Shown here one piece after another: positions 36,029 through 49,711 of a stretch of DNA of 64,000 nucleotides. This DNA comes from Phyllobates terribilis (Eukaryota). Position 1 is the stretch's first letter. Each line of letters begins with the position of its first letter. Made by a program: the position numbers and the translations under genes. The stretch spans positions 57,722,001 to 57,786,000 of the forward strand of contig NW_027362768.1 in the NCBI RefSeq assembly GCF_046119375.1, given 5' to 3'. Under the pieces are notes generated by a model. That model was not told the DNA's origin. It made no database searches and was given only the letters and a program-made list of their open reading frames with translations.

Positions 36029-37628
36029 CAGTACAGACCAAAAGTTTGGACACACCTTCTCATTTAAAGAATTTTCTGTATTTTCATGACTATGAAAATT
36101 GTACATTCACACTGAAGGCATCAAAACGATGAATTAACACATGTGGAATTATATATTTAACAAAAAAATGTGAAACAACCGAAAATATATCTTATATTCT
36201 AGGTTCTTCAAAGTGGCCACCTTTTGCTTTGATGACTGCTTTGCACACTCTTGGCATTCTCTTGATGAGCTTCAAGAGGTAGTCACCGGAAATGGTTTTC
36301 ACTTCACAGGTGTGCCCTGTCAGGTTTAATAAGTGGGATTTCTTGCCTTATAAATGGGGTTGGGACCATCAGTTGTGTTGTGCAGAAGTCTGTTGGATAC
36401 ACAGCTGATAGTCCTACTGAATAGACTGTTAGCTGCTTTTTTCTTGCCATAATACAAATTCTAAGTAAAGAAAAACGAGTGGCCATCATTATTTTAAGAA
36501 ATGAAGGCCAGTCAGAGCGAAAAATTGGGAAAACTTTGAAAGTGTCCCCAAGTGCAGTTGTAAAAACCATCAAGCGCTACCAAGAAACTGGCTCACATGA
36601 GGGCCGCCCCAGGAAAGGAAGACCAAGAGTCACCTCTGCTTCTGAGGATAAGTTTATCCGAGTCACCAGCCTCAGTAATCGCAGGTTAATGCCACATAGA
36701 GTTCTAGCAGCAGACACATCTCTTCAACAACTGTTAAGAGGAGACTTTGTGCAGCAGGCCTTCATGGTAAAATAACTGCTAGGAAACCACTGCTAAGGAC
36801 AGGCAACAAGCAGAAGAGACTTGTTTGGGCTAAAGAACACAAGGAATGGACATTAGACCAGTGGAAATCTGTGCTTTGGTCTGATGAGTCCAAATTTGAG
36901 ATCTTTGGTTCCAACCACAGTGTCTTTGTGCGACGCAGAAAAGGTGAACAGATGAACTCTACATGCCTGGTTCCCACCGTGAAGCATGGAGGAGGAGGTG
37001 TGATGGTGTGGGGGTGCTTTGCTGGTGACACTGTTTGGGATTTATTCAAAATTGAAGGCATACTGAACCAGCATGGTTACCAACATCATCTTGCAGCGGC
37101 ATGCTATTCCATCCAGTTTGCGTTTAGTTGGACCATCATTTATTTTTCAAGAGGACAATGACCTCAAACACACCTCCAGGCTGTGTAAGGGCTATTTTAC
37201 CAAGAACGAGAGTGATGGGGGGCTACGCCAGATGACCTGGCCTCCACAGTCACCAGACCTGAACCCAATCGAGATGGTTTGGGGTGAGCTGGACTGCAGA
37301 GTAAAGGCAAAAGGACCAACAAGTGCTAAGCATCTCTGGGAACTCCTTCAAGATTGTTGGAAGACCATTTCCGGTGACTACCTCTTGTAGCTCATCAAGA
37401 GAATGCCAAGAGTGTGCAAAGCAGTCATCAAAGCAACAGGTGGCTACTTTGAAGAACCTAGAAAATAAGACATATTTTCAGTTGTTTCACACTTTTTTGT
37501 TAAGTATATAATTCCACATGTGTTAATTCATAGTTTTGATGCCTTCAGTGTGAATGTACAATTTACAAAGTCATTAAGATACAGAAAAATCTTTAAATGA
37601 GGTGTGTCCAAACTTTTGGTCTGTACTG
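36029..37628 (+). mobile_element. Tc1-family transposon, degenerate DD34E transposase
   Basis: ~200-bp TIRs CAGTACAGACCAAAAGTTTGGACACACC; ORF fragments WSDESK, QEDND, SPDLNPIE. Confidence 0.93.
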
Positions 37629-37637
37629 TGTATGTAT

Positions 37638-37671
<34 letters not shown>

Positions 37672-37885
37672 GAGAGAGAGAGATATATATATTAGAGATA
37701 TATATTAGAGATATACATTTTATATCTCTATATATAAATATATACATACATATCTCGAGAGAGTGATATGTGTGTGTATATGTATGTGTGCATCTCTCTC
37801 TCTCTCATATATATACTTATATTTATTTATTTTCTCTAAAATAGACCAGGGGTGCTTAAACTTTTACATTGCCACTGTACATATA

Positions 37886-39085
37886 CCGTATTTTGCAGAC
37901 TATAAGACCAGGCCTGTGGAGTTGGAGTCTGTGTCCATTTTGGTGAGGTCAGTATAAAATGGACTGACTCCGTCTCCTGAAATATATAATAAATTGGCTA
38001 CAGTAGTCCAATGCAGTATGTGCTGTAAAAGTTTTCATGAGAATTTGGGAAAGTTCTGAAATGTTCTATTCCTGATCTAAGTATCTCTGCTTTTAGTTGA
38101 GAAGAATCTGTGCTGCACTTTATGTACATGCTCAGTAGTGAGGCAGGGCTGTGGAGTCAAGGAAATTGAGGAGTTGGAGGATTGGCTTACTGACTCCACA
38201 GCCCTGAATAAGACTGGACCACAAGACGCGCTCCAAATTTTGAGGAGCAAAGTAAGAAAAAAAATTATTAATAAAATGGGGGTCCGTCTTATAGTTAGAA
38301 TTTAAGGCAACTTACTGGGGGGGGGGCGCAATTGAGTCACAGGAGGCAGTGTGGTTCTGCAGGAAACTTGTGGCAATAGGAATGGTGCAATGCTGCGTGC
38401 TCCAGACTTGGAGAGAGGATGTCCTGGCGGCAGCGCTGTGGAGTCGGTATAAAATGGACCGATACCTAAAATATATAATAAAATGGGTTCAATGGTCCAA
38501 TGCAGTATGTGCTGTAAATTTTTTTCAGAACAAAATGGGAAAGTTATGAAATATCCTGTAAATGTCTGTTGTATTCCTGATCTAAGGATCTAGGCTTTTA
38601 GTGGAGATGAATCTGTGTTGCACTTTATGTACATGCTCAGTAGTGAGGCATTGCTGTGGAGTCAGGAGTCGGTGAAACTGAGGAGTCTGATTCAGAGGTT
38701 TGGCTTATTGACTCCACAGCCCTGCCCAGCGGTGGTACATCTGCACATGCTCCTCCTCCATCTGCCATTTTCCTGAAGCCCACTGTCGCAAAATCAATGG
38801 GCAGAGCATGGACTCTGCTCCTGCCTCACATCCACTATCTTGTTGAAGCCCACAGCCCGCTGACTCGCACCGCCGAGCCCACCCCACCTCCCAGCCCAGG
38901 GTCCGCAGCATTGCCTCACTCCTGCCACCGACAGCTTCCTGTAGCAGAGACTCTGCCTCCTGTGAGCCCCACTCCACCACCGCTGCCCCCCTTCCCCTGG
39001 TAAGCTAAATTCCAACTATAATACTCACTCCAATTCTCATCCAAAATTTTGGGGAAAAGTGCATCTTATAGTTTGAAATATATTG
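37886..39085. mobile_element. pogo/Tc2-like MITE with internal tandem duplication and small CAGGGCTGTGGAGTC hairpin modules
   Basis: TA|CCGTATTTTGCAGACTATAAGA start and degenerate complement near 39063-85. Duplicated block ~37950-38200 / ~38450-38725. 63-bp inverted module at 38144-38206. Confidence 0.6.
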
Positions 39086-39107
39086 TATACACATATTACA
39101 TCCATAT

Positions 39108-39158
<51 letters not shown>

Positions 39159-42100
39159 CACCACCATATATTGTATACACATATTACTACCATATAATGT
39201 GTATATATAAATGCCACCACCACTTTTAGTCATCAAATAAATGTACAAGGATTTCCAGTAATGCTAATATAGAAAGCCACCCTGAAGGTCTATTTTGTCG
39301 GGAAACAATTCTTTGTGGTAGAAATGCCGAGCACTGTGATGCCGTGCTTTGTAATGACATGACATAACATTTGTATTTCTCTATCGCTTAATTGGGTGAC
39401 ACAGGAGACTGGGTGTATGCTGCTGCCACTAGGACTCTGTCAATATGCAAAAAGGTTAGCTCCTCCTCAGCAGTGTACACCCACCAACTGGCAGAAAGCT
39501 AATCATTTTTTAGCTTAATGTCAATAGGAGGCAGACTCTGGTCAGCTTCCAGACCCATTTCTTCCTTTTAGGGCCTTGTTGTTTGTAATTAATCTTTTCC
39601 CTTTGCCTTTCAAACTCACCTTGTGACTACGGGCAACAGGGTGTAACAGCTCACCCACATTTCCCACCTAAAGACCAAGAGAATAGTGTGGTCCTCCACA
39701 TCGTGCTCTTGTGTGTACGCGGCAGGAACATACCTCCCTAACACATCAAGAGTGTCTCAGGGTGGCCAGAGGATGTTCCTTGCGATTTATCTCCAGCCCA
39801 GACTTCCACCTTAGCGAGATGGTACCAGGGCGAAGACTGACCAATCCCAGTGACGCCTTGAGGGCCACTGAAGTCAGTCTTCTTTCTGCGAAGAGGGTAT
39901 TGGGACCACTACAGGACAGGCATTCTCCCTCCTTCCCCAGACTACTATCCCTTTTCTCCCTACAACTCCTTCCCAGACTACTACGCCTCCTAACTACGAA
40001 TATGTTCAGGTTGGTGGGCTTGGTGGCTCATTCTAGGACTCACGAGATCCTCCAGGTCCCTGGCTCATTTCGGGCCCATCAACAATCCTTGGTCTACGCG
40101 CACAGACCCACGCACTTCGCTGGTCGTTAATTTTAATCTAGACCCCCGACTTCCCCGATATCTATTTTTTCTGGACACAGCCCCTTCTCCTGGAGCCTTC
40201 GCGTGGGCTTTGCTCTGTTCTGCGGCTCTGCCCGGCAGCCAGTCCGCTATCTACATTTCTGCTACTTTTGTCAATTTTCATCCTCTGGGATGTCCAGGAC
40301 TGTTTCACTGCACAACAGGAGAAGAGGAGACCCTCCTTCAAGCCGGCTCCTTCCTGGCAAGCACTAAGTCATCAAAGCAAGTCCTCCAGAGCCAGGTCAA
40401 ACAGATTTTCTTCTGTATGACTGGTAGTTCTCACCTGGGGACACCCTTCTATTTAGGGATGCGCTGTCGCCCACACCTTGATCAGAGAGGTCGTTTCCAC
40501 CAATTACAAAATAAAGTTTTCATCTGTTCTCCGCTACAGTTTTTTCAAATTCCAGCCCCCAAGGGATCCCTCGCTGGTTTCCAGGTTCTTTCAAGCAATC
40601 ACCTCCCTACTTCAATCCGGCGTCATATTTTCCGTTCCTCAGGAGCATTAATCAGGTTTCTACTCAAATATCTTTTTGATCCCAAAAAAGGGTGGTTCTG
40701 CCCCTTATTCGACCTCAAGCTCCTGAACAAGTGAGTGCAACTTCGCCACTTGCGGACGGAGTTCCTCTGATCAGAGATTGCCTCTATGGAACCGGCAGAG
40801 TTCCTCTATTCTGTGGACATTCAAGATGCTTACTTTCATATCCCGATCTGCGAATCTCATCAGAGGTTCCTTCGCTTTGCTGTCCAGGATTCTCACTTTC
40901 AATTCATGATGCTTCCCTTCGAGGTAGCCTCTGTCCCCAGGTTCTTCACGACTGTCATGGCGCCTGTCGTGGCTTTCCTTCACCCCAGGGAAATCCTGGT
41001 CATCTCCTACCTGGACGACCTTCAGATCAAAGACTCGTCCTTCCGGGAGTGCTGCGAAATTCTCCATTTGACTTCCCTTGGCTGGCTCATCAACAGGGCG
41101 AAGTTGTCTCTGATCCTGGCCCAGCGCTTAGTTTTCCCAGGCGTGCTTTTCGATACCGCACAAGCCATAGTCTTTCTTCCCAAAGAAAAGGTCTCCTCTC
41201 TCCTTCTCAGGAATCGTTCTCTCAGATGACGATCTCCCCGTCCACTTTGGACCTGCATCAGCGTATTGGGCCACATGGTAGCTGCGTTAGAGGCGGTTCC
41301 CTTCGCACAGTTTCACACTCGTCCTCTGCAGATCACACTCCTAACTCACTGGGACCAGAAGACCTTCTCTCTGGACAGCCCCAGCCTTCTCACTCTACAT
41401 GTAAGACAGTCGCTATTATGGTGGCTTCTATCTCCTCTCGTTCTCCCATTTACACTGGCAGATTGTGACGACGGACGCCAGCCTGCTCCTCCAGGGAGCA
41501 GTATTTCACTGGTTCATGGTCCAGGGCCGCTGGAAATCTCAGGAATCCTCCCTCCCATCAGCATCGTGGAACTCACGGCCATCTACATCACCCTTAGGCA
41601 CTGGCAGGATCTCTTAATGAGTCACCCCGTGCGCATCCAGTCCGAAAATGCCTCAGCCATCGCATACATAAATCACCTGTGCGAAACTCAAAACAGAGCC
41701 GTCGTGTCGGAGGTCCACTGGATTCTGGCTTTGGCCTTAAAAAAAAAAAGTGCCCGCTATATCAGCAGTCCACATTCCTGGAGTAGACAGCTGGGCAGCC
41801 GGCTTTCTAAGTTGCCGGAGTCTATCCTCAGGCAAGTAGCTCCTGAAACCATCAGTTGTCAGGCAAATCTGTCTAAGGTGGGGCACACCCGATGTCGACC
41901 TGGAGGCATCCAAGATGAACAACAAAGGTTCCTTGTTTTGTAACCAGATCTCTTAACCACCTTGCGATTGCAGTTCCTCCTGCCATATCTCTTTCCACCT
42001 CTGTCTCTGGTTTCCAGACTCCTCAAGAAGATCAAGGCGGAGAGAGTACTGGTCATTTTTGTGGCTCCTGACTGGCCCAGAAGAGCTTGGTACGCAGAAG

Positions 42101-42639
42101 TGGTCAGTCTCATCACAGACGTCCCGTGGAGACTCCCAGATCGTCCAGACCTCCTTTCCCAGGGTCCCACCTTCCACCAGAATTCTCAGTCTTTGAATTT
42201 AATGCCATTGCTGTTGAAGCTGCAGTTCTTAAACACACAAATTTCTCCGACCAGGTCATCCAAACCTTGATCAGAGTGAGATTTTTCCTGCCTCATCTAC
42301 CACCGCACTTGGAAGGTCTTTTTTCTCTGGTGCGATGCCGAGCACGCAGCTCCCATATTCTTTTCTCTTCTGTCCCTGAGGAACCTATCTTCCCGCCATC
42401 AGGTAAGGATCTTCTTACAGGGAGTTGCTCATTCTGCTACTCCTGTGGACCCCTGGGACCTCAATCTGGTCCTAAATGCTCTTCAGGGTTCCCCCTTTGA
42501 GCTCGTATGGGAAATTTCTTTCCACGTGCTTCCTTGGAAGGTTGACTTCCTGGTGGCCATCACCTCCATCAGGTGCACCTTTCGGATCTGGCTGCTCTTT
42601 CGTGCTGCTCGCCCTTTTTTGTCCATCACCAGGACAAGG

Positions 42640-43667
42640 TGTAGCATCGGCGTCTCTGCCCCTTGCTAGGCAGAGACGCCGTCCCTCTCACCTCCCTGCT
42701 CCTGGCGCGGCTTCCTCCAGCGCTTCTCTCCCCGCTGCTTCCGGCACGCGCTCCTTCCCCGGCAGTGTGCTTAGGGCGCACGCGCTCCCCCTCTCTTAAA
42801 GGGACCGCGCGCACCGTCCTAAGGAGTCCCCGGCCAATTGCCGGAGGACCTCCCATATATAAGGCACCTCCTCCAAAATGGAGGTGCCCGAGCAAAGTTG
42901 TTTGCAATGTGTCTGATCTGTGCTTCAGCCCTCAGGTCCCGCTGCTAGCCTGACTTCTCGTCCTGCCTGCCAGCCTGTTATCTGCCCGTTACCTGCCGAG
43001 CCTGCCAGCCTGCTTACCTGGAGCGCTCACCTGTTACCTGCCTGTTACCTGCCTTGGCTATCTGTCTGCTCACCTGGGAGCATCCGCCTGCCCTGTCTGT
43101 CAGACCGCTCACCTGGGAGCGTCTACCAGTTACCTGCCTGTTACCTGCCTCGTCTGTCTGCCTGCTCACCTGGAAGCGTCCACCAGTTACCTGCCTGTTA
43201 CTTGCTGTGTCCGTCAGCCCGCTCACCTGGGAGCGCCCACCAGTTACCGGCCTGTTACCCGCCTCGTCTGTCTGCCCGCTCACCTGGGAGCACCTGCCTG
43301 TTTCCTGCCAGCCTACCTGGAGACCCTGCCGTCACTTGCTGTGACCACCTTCCTGGTAAACCTAAAGACTGCTACTTGCCCTGCTTTCTCGAACTGTGAC
43401 CACCTGTCAGCTACCAGAGACTTCCGCCTGCTTGCCGTGTCCATCCGCCATACCGGTCAGTCCCAGCCATCTGACCCGTGGGAGCCACCTGCTCTCTTAC
43501 AAGGTCGTCCCCAGAGTAGCACCTGGTCCCTCAGCCCTGATCCTCCCTGGTCACGGTGTCGTTTGCTGCCATACGACCAGGGTCGGTTCGGGTGGATACT
43601 TAGTCACGCCCCTCTGGGTCCCTCCTTGCACCTCGGCACAGAGGTTCCACCACCCGGACCCGTAACA
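42640..43667 (+). mobile_element. Solo LTR (1028 bp) with internal GCTCACCTGGGAGC/TTACCTGCCTG tandem repeats
   Basis: TGTAGCA...CGTAACA ends; 5-bp TSD CAAGG/CAATG; removal restores YR HQDKVVL. Confidence 0.85.
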
Positions 43668-43956
43668 CAATGTGGTGCTATGTCCAGTGCCTTCCTTTCT
43701 CCCAAAGGTGGTTTCCCCTTTCCACCTTAATGAGAACATTAGTCCTTCCTTTTGTCCATTTCCAACTTATCCTAGGCAACAATCCCTCCACAGGGTTTAG
43801 ACCTTTTCAGTGCTCTGCGTCTCTAGCTCTCCAGAACAGCATCTTCCAGACGTTCCGACTCTTTATTCGTGATTCCAGAGGGTCACCGCAGAGGTATTCC
43901 GGCCTCCAAGGCCACAATGGCCTGTTGGATCCGCTCTGCCATCCTGGAAGCGCATC

Positions 43957-44529
43957 TGTCATGGGTGTGTCAGAAGTGACAGACAGTCACCCTGCAGTTG
44001 GTTGCAGGAGATCTCTTCTTTTGGCATTACAGACAACTTCTTAGAAGCTGTATCTCTAGGACCCAGCAACTAACTTCCTCTGGCTAATTAACACCCTGGT
44101 CTGGGTGTATAAATACTTGCTGTGTGCAAGAGGGAGATGCTGGCGATATTAATTACTCCTTATGAAGGCTTGAGTAAGAGCAGTACTTCTTCTTCCTCTC
44201 TGGTGCTAGGGGGCGTGTGCGCATTTGTCTGGAGTCGACTAAAGCTAAGCGATTTTCCCTTGTTTGTCCCCCCTTGTTGTCTTTAGTGTTCAGTGGGGAT
44301 CGACTAGCGCTCATCCGTTCCCTTCCCTATCCTGAGCCTATCGTCAGGAAAAGACAGGTCGAGGTATGCGTGCGGCGATTGGTGAAGAACCAATGTAGGG
44401 ACTTTAGTGGAGACAGGGTGACACTAGATCAGCCTAAGAAGTCTCCACTCCCCCCTTTCCCTAGAGTCTGGGCTCCCTTTCCCTCTTCCCTTTGTGTTGC
44501 ACTTAGTCTTTCCCACACCTTGCGTGACA
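43957..44529. mobile_element. Solo LTR (573 bp)
   Basis: TGTCATG...CGTGACA ends, perfect 5-bp TSD GCATC; YR sequence resumes after it. Confidence 0.9.
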
Positions 44530-45200
44530 GCATCACACACAGGATAGACTGCCCCCGCCCAGGGTTAAAGCTCCCTCCACCCATACAGTTGGGACCTTTT
44601 AGGCCTTTCGCCATCAGGCCTCTGTGTCGCAGCTCTGCAAGGCTGCTATATGGTCTTCAGTACCTTCGCAAAGTTTTACCGAGCGCATACCTATGCCTCG
44701 GCTAATGCAAGCTTAAGTAGGAAGTTTCTGCTAGCGGCAGTCACCCGGGCCTAGTTCTGCTCTGGGCGTACTTCTGTTTCTTTCTGTTTCCCCTACTTGG
44801 GACTGCTTTAGGACGTGCCATGGTCTCCTGTGACCCCCCAATGAAGCAATAGAGAAAAGAGGATTTTGGGCACTTATCGTAAAATCTTTCTCGGAGCCTT
44901 CATTGGGGGACACCGTTCCCACCCTTGTTATGCCTATATTGCCCTTGTTCAAGTTAATGTTTTCTGTTGCTTCTACTGCTTTCTCACTAAATGATTAGCT
45001 TTTTGCCAGTTGGTGGGTGTACACTGCTGAGAAGGAGCTAATTTTTTTGACCAGTGTAGCCTCTTGTGTCCTCCAATGAAAGCCCCAAGAAAGAGATTTT
45101 ACGGTAAGTACCCAAAATACTTTTTGCTGCTTGACTTTTACCATTCGGTTTTGTCCATCGTACAGATCTGTAAGACAAGACTCGATGAAATCTTCTCATC

Positions 45201-45299
45201 ATGGGGAGAAGTTACTATGTGGATGAAACAGTGGAAAAGTACTTCACAAAGATTATTCCAGAAGTAAAGTCTTATGTGACGGGACTCCTTGTGGGACAT
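45201..45299 (+). CDS. ODR4: ODR4 first coding exon (exon starts 45166; 33 codons)
   Basis: MGRSYYVDETVEKYFTKIIPEVKSYVTGLLVGH versus human MGRTYIVEETVGQYLSNINLQGKAFVSGLLIGQ. Acceptor TACAG at 45165, donor GTAAGT at 45300. Confidence 0.93.
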
Positions 45300-46361
45300 G
45301 TAAGTACAAACATGGATATATGATTTTCTCCACCAGGCTGCATTGAACTGCTGTATGATCACACTGGCCTACAGCCAAATTGGTTCAGTTATAAAAACAG
45401 TTGAAGCCAACAAATTTTGGGGTGCTGAAAACAAAAATAATTCTTAAACTTGCTAATTGGCTCTAATTTCCAAGATACAGGGGTGGTTAACAATGACACG
45501 TTTTTGATACAACTTCAGGTGAAGATCGTATAATTAGTATGACGTCATCAAAAGTGTGTTTGACTATTGCACCATCTTAGAGTGTCCAATAGAAGACTGC
45601 CATCCTAGCCCTGATAATGTAATCCAAATTACAATTGCACCATGTGGCTTTCTAAATTTATTTATTTTATTTAAATCCGCCCTCTATCAGTCACACCTCA
45701 TTATTTGTTGGCATTATGGCTTATTTCTATCAGAATATATTTAGAAATGTATCAGATGTACATTAACAAAGCATATAATTTTTGCTATATATGAGGTCAA
45801 GAGACTTTTATGCCACAAAAGTGAAACCTAACTCCACTCCCATGGTTAGGAAAGCCTACAACCTGTATTATGGCCACAGAAAAGGAGATCAGGACGAGTT
45901 GTGCTGCGCACGTATGCTGTAATGGATGGGCTGTAATTCTAGATAAAATTGTAGCAATGTTGGTGCACACATGCCCTCTCACATTTATTATAAGGCTATT
46001 CCCACTTCAGGCATTTATAAATCCATAAATGTCTGATACATGTGCGTACCTCCTTGAAGACCCCCCTTTATCATGTAATGAGACGCATCTCACAGTGCTG
46101 TAGGTGCCGATCAATGTTTATTTTTTACATTTAAAAATGTAAAGGCGAGGTGGTGTAATGTTAGACAACAGCATTTAAAGATTGGCCAAACTTTTCATCC
46201 AACCTGAGCCCCTGTGATACACTTGATGACTATTATAAGTTTATGCTGTCTTTGTATTACACAGGATCAGTAAATGTGTCATTTTTTTACATATATTCCT
46301 TAACTTTTATAGCTTTCTTGTTGTTTTTTGTATGTTCTACATTCTCTCCTGTTTGTTTTAG

Positions 46362-46502
46362 TCTTCCCAGCAAAGGGATTATGTTGTTCTGGCTGTCCAA
46401 ACCCCCAAAAAAGAAGACCAAGACGAGGTCCTTAAAAAAAGGTCTGGTCCTTCCAAACTAGATGAAGTTGATGAGGAGTGGGTTTCCATTCACGCTAGTC
46501 AG
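46362..46502 (+). CDS. ODR4: ODR4 coding exon 2 (141 nt)
   Basis: SSQQRDYVVLAVQTPKKEDQDEVLKKRSGPSKLDEVDEEWVSIHASQ; TTTTAG acceptor, GTAAAT donor, phase 0. Confidence 0.92.
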
Positions 46503-47091
46503 GTAAATACATAAGAAATAAAGTAATGTTTCTTGCGCACGGCTGTACTATGGCTCTAAGCGAGATGTGTATGTTCAGTGCCAAGTGCAGGATCGAAACT
46601 CTCGGATGTCAGGATAGACTTTCCCAGACCTTAAGTGTATGTTCTCTCTTAATGTTTCATTGACCATGATGTCAACATCTAGTACATTTTTCTGATATCA
46701 AAGTGCTGAGTTTACACCAAGCTTTAATATTTTTACTAATAGAAATACAATCTGAAATCTCTATCTTAACCACTCACATAAGGAAAATCATTCCATGCAG
46801 ATTTCACTGTTGGTCAGATTAAGGTCCTGTATAGCAAGAATGCTAGTCACTTTTCTTGCCAGTTTAGGTCAATTTTACATCCGTATTTGTAAGTCAAAAT
46901 CAGGAGTGGAACAATCATAGGAAAGGTATAATAGAAACACGTCACCACTCCTGTATTTATCACCTACTCCTGGTTTTGGCTTACAAATACTGATGTAAAA
47001 TACTGACCAAATACTGATAGTACGAACGTGGCCTAACACTGATGTTTTAAGGCAATGGATTGCTAAAAATCTGCTAAAAATTACCTTAAAA

Positions 47092-49232
47092 CAACCCCAA
47101 TTCCAAAAAAGTTGAGATGTTGTATAAAATGTAAAGAAAACAAGAATACAATGATTTGAAAATCTCTTATAGTCAAATTTTATTCATAGCTGAACATATA
47201 GAACACAGATCACAAGGTGGAAGATATTTTTCTATTTCATTTGAAGAAATTATTTGTAAATTGATGGCAGTAACGCATCTCAAAAGTGTTGGGACCGGTC
47301 ACTTCTACCATTGTGTAGCATCCCCTCTTCATTTTACTACAGTCTGTAAACACTTGTGAAGTGAGAACAATTGCTGGAGTTTTGCTATAGGAATGTTGTC
47401 CCATTCTGGTGTGATGTAGGAGTGTAGCTGCTCCACAGTCCGGGTTTTTGCAGGATTTTTCGTTTCATAATGAAATTAGAAAATACAATGTTGAAGACAT
47501 GACCTGGGAGGGATATATTAACATTAATGGATAAAAGGGGAGAACCCCACAATCAAATCCTGCTTTATCAGGCCATAAAACATAGCTTTTATTATTGAAT
47601 GATTAAAATGTGTAAGGGTATGTGCACACGATGCAGAAATGAAGCAGAAAATTTCTGCATCATTTCTGCATCTCCCTGGCAGAAAAAACGCATGCAGATT
47701 GTGCATGCGTTTTTCCTGCAGAATACATGCGGATCCACATGCAGATTCACATGCGTTTCCGCATGCAGATTGACAAGCGCTTTCCAGGCGATTTTAGCAT
47801 CACCTGGAAAGTGCTTGACAACTAGGTCACACTATATAAATCCATGCAAACAGCATGGATTTATATAGTGTGACCCGAGAGAGTGTATATACTTACCTCC
47901 GATGGCCCGCGCTGTCCTGCTTTACAAAGTTCCCGGCTGCCGGCAACTTTGAATTGAAAGACCTGCCGACGTCAACGTCACGTGACCCGTCACATGACTC
48001 TGACGTCAGCGCAGGTCCTACAACTCACTGCAAGTGCCGGGAACCAGGCGGGAGCGCTGCGCGGGCCGACAGATGGTAAGAATACATTTTTTTTTTTATT
48101 TTATTCTTGTTTTTACAGCTTTTTTAATGGTACCTGGGTGTGGATGAGACTCTCCTCTCCTCCACACCCGGATACCATCCGCATATTAGAACGCGCCAAT
48201 AGCGCAAGTACAGATGCTGTCTTGCGGAATTGGCGCGTTCTAATGCAAGTCAATGGCGGCGAAATCACCGCGTTTCCGCAAAATTAATTGGCATGCTGCG
48301 GATTTTTTGACCGCAGCATTTACGCTGCGGAAAAATCCGCATCATGGGCACAGCACATGCGGATTTCCATTGGGGAACATTGCTTCCCTTCTACCATACG
48401 TTTTTCATGCGTTTCCGCGGCGTTTACGCAACTGCAAAAACGCCGCGGAAACGCATGAAATACGCATCGTGTGAACTCAGCCTAAGGGGTAAAAATAAAT
48501 TTATGTCTCTAATTTGCCTCTAATAAAGTGATTATAAGCAACTGCCTAGACTGATGGGTGGGTGATGGCACCCCGGGGTGTCATTCCTATTTGGCAGTAT
48601 TAGACATATGTTTTAAAGCACAGCCCCCCCCCACCCCCCCAACATTTTTCTACGCAGATGCAACGTCATCAGGGGATCTGACAACAGCATATGTGGCAGC
48701 CAGCCAAACATTCGTGTGTGATTTCCATAAAGACATTAACATTTTGATTTATCTGACCACCGAACAGTTTTCTATTTTGCTTAATTCCATTTTAAATGAG
48801 CGTTGGTCCAAAGAAGACAGCATCGTTTCTGGATTGTTCTATATATGATGACATATTCAAGATTTTTGAAATGAAGGAATTGTTCCACACATTAGTCTCA
48901 GTTGTTCACAGATCGGTGAACCTTTGACCATCTTCCAAGAGATTTTGCCTTTCTAACGTGCTCGTTTTATACACAGTCAAGTGACTTAGCTGGAAATTGA
49001 CCCTCCAGTTTGTCACTAGTACCACTTACTTTTCAAGCCTTCTGTTATTGCTGTCCTAACTTTTTTGAGATGTGTTGTTGCCATCAATTTCTAAATGGCT
49101 TCTTTTTTATTAAATTAAATTGAAAAATCTCATTCACCTTGCTATCTGTGTTCCACGTTCTGTCATGAATAAAATATGGTACAGATTTCCTGATCATTGC
49201 ATTCTTGTTTTCTTTTTGGAATTAGGGTTCAA
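47092..49232. mobile_element. Degenerate non-autonomous Tc1-like element with nested MITE
   Basis: CAACCCCAATTCCAAAAAAGTTG start, TTTTTGGAATTAGGGTT end. Confidence 0.6.
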
Positions 49233-49615
49233 TTTGTGCTCTGTTTTAACCCATCTAGATCAAAGTAAGTTAGAGCAAAGTAAAAAAAACAAACTCCAAT
49301 TTGAAGTCATTCTTAAGCTGACGATACACATTACATTAAAGTGAGGTGACCATATAATAAGTACAGAAGCCGCCCAAGTGTTCCCCAGTGTCAGAAGTAT
49401 AGAAAGACCTAGCATGTTGGATTTCGACATGTTCAATCCATTGCTAAAAACTTTTTGAAAAACTAAAAATCCTTTAGCTGAATGTCAATGGTTAATACAG
49501 AATATACCTTTGCTGAATATATTGGACGTGGAGAAAATGAGAGACAGACAGATAATAAGATTACAACTTCTCTGACTTGGTGCCATAAATGGGGTTGTAT
49601 GTTCTGCCTTCTTAG

Positions 49616-49711
49616 GTAAACCGGATGCTTCCTGGTGGCCTTTTGGTTATTGGTGTATTCCTTATAACCTCTCCTGAGCTTTCAAAGGACACCCAAAATA
49701 CTTTGAGAAAG
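49616..49711 (+). CDS. ODR4: ODR4 coding exon 3 (96 nt)
   Basis: VNRMLPGGLLVIGVFLITSPELSKDTQNTLRK contains the conserved RMLPGGL motif; AG/GT flanks. Confidence 0.95.

Larger units (their letters stand above)
39376..45125 (+). mobile_element. DIRS1-type retrotransposon #3 in ODR4 intron 1, degenerate
   Basis: Starts TTTCTCTATCG, ends AAAATACTTTTT. ITRs 39376-39510 / 44990-45090, ICR ~44820-44910. RT (DIQDAYFH, YLDD) 40786-41229, RNase H, MT, and a YR split by two LTRs. Confidence 0.93.

Noticed and set aside
42920-43399. Repetitive ORFs and spaced direct repeats resembling a CRISPR array or repeat protein
   Set aside because: Variable-length tandem repeats inside a solo LTR in a eukaryotic intron; no unique spacers and no cas genes.
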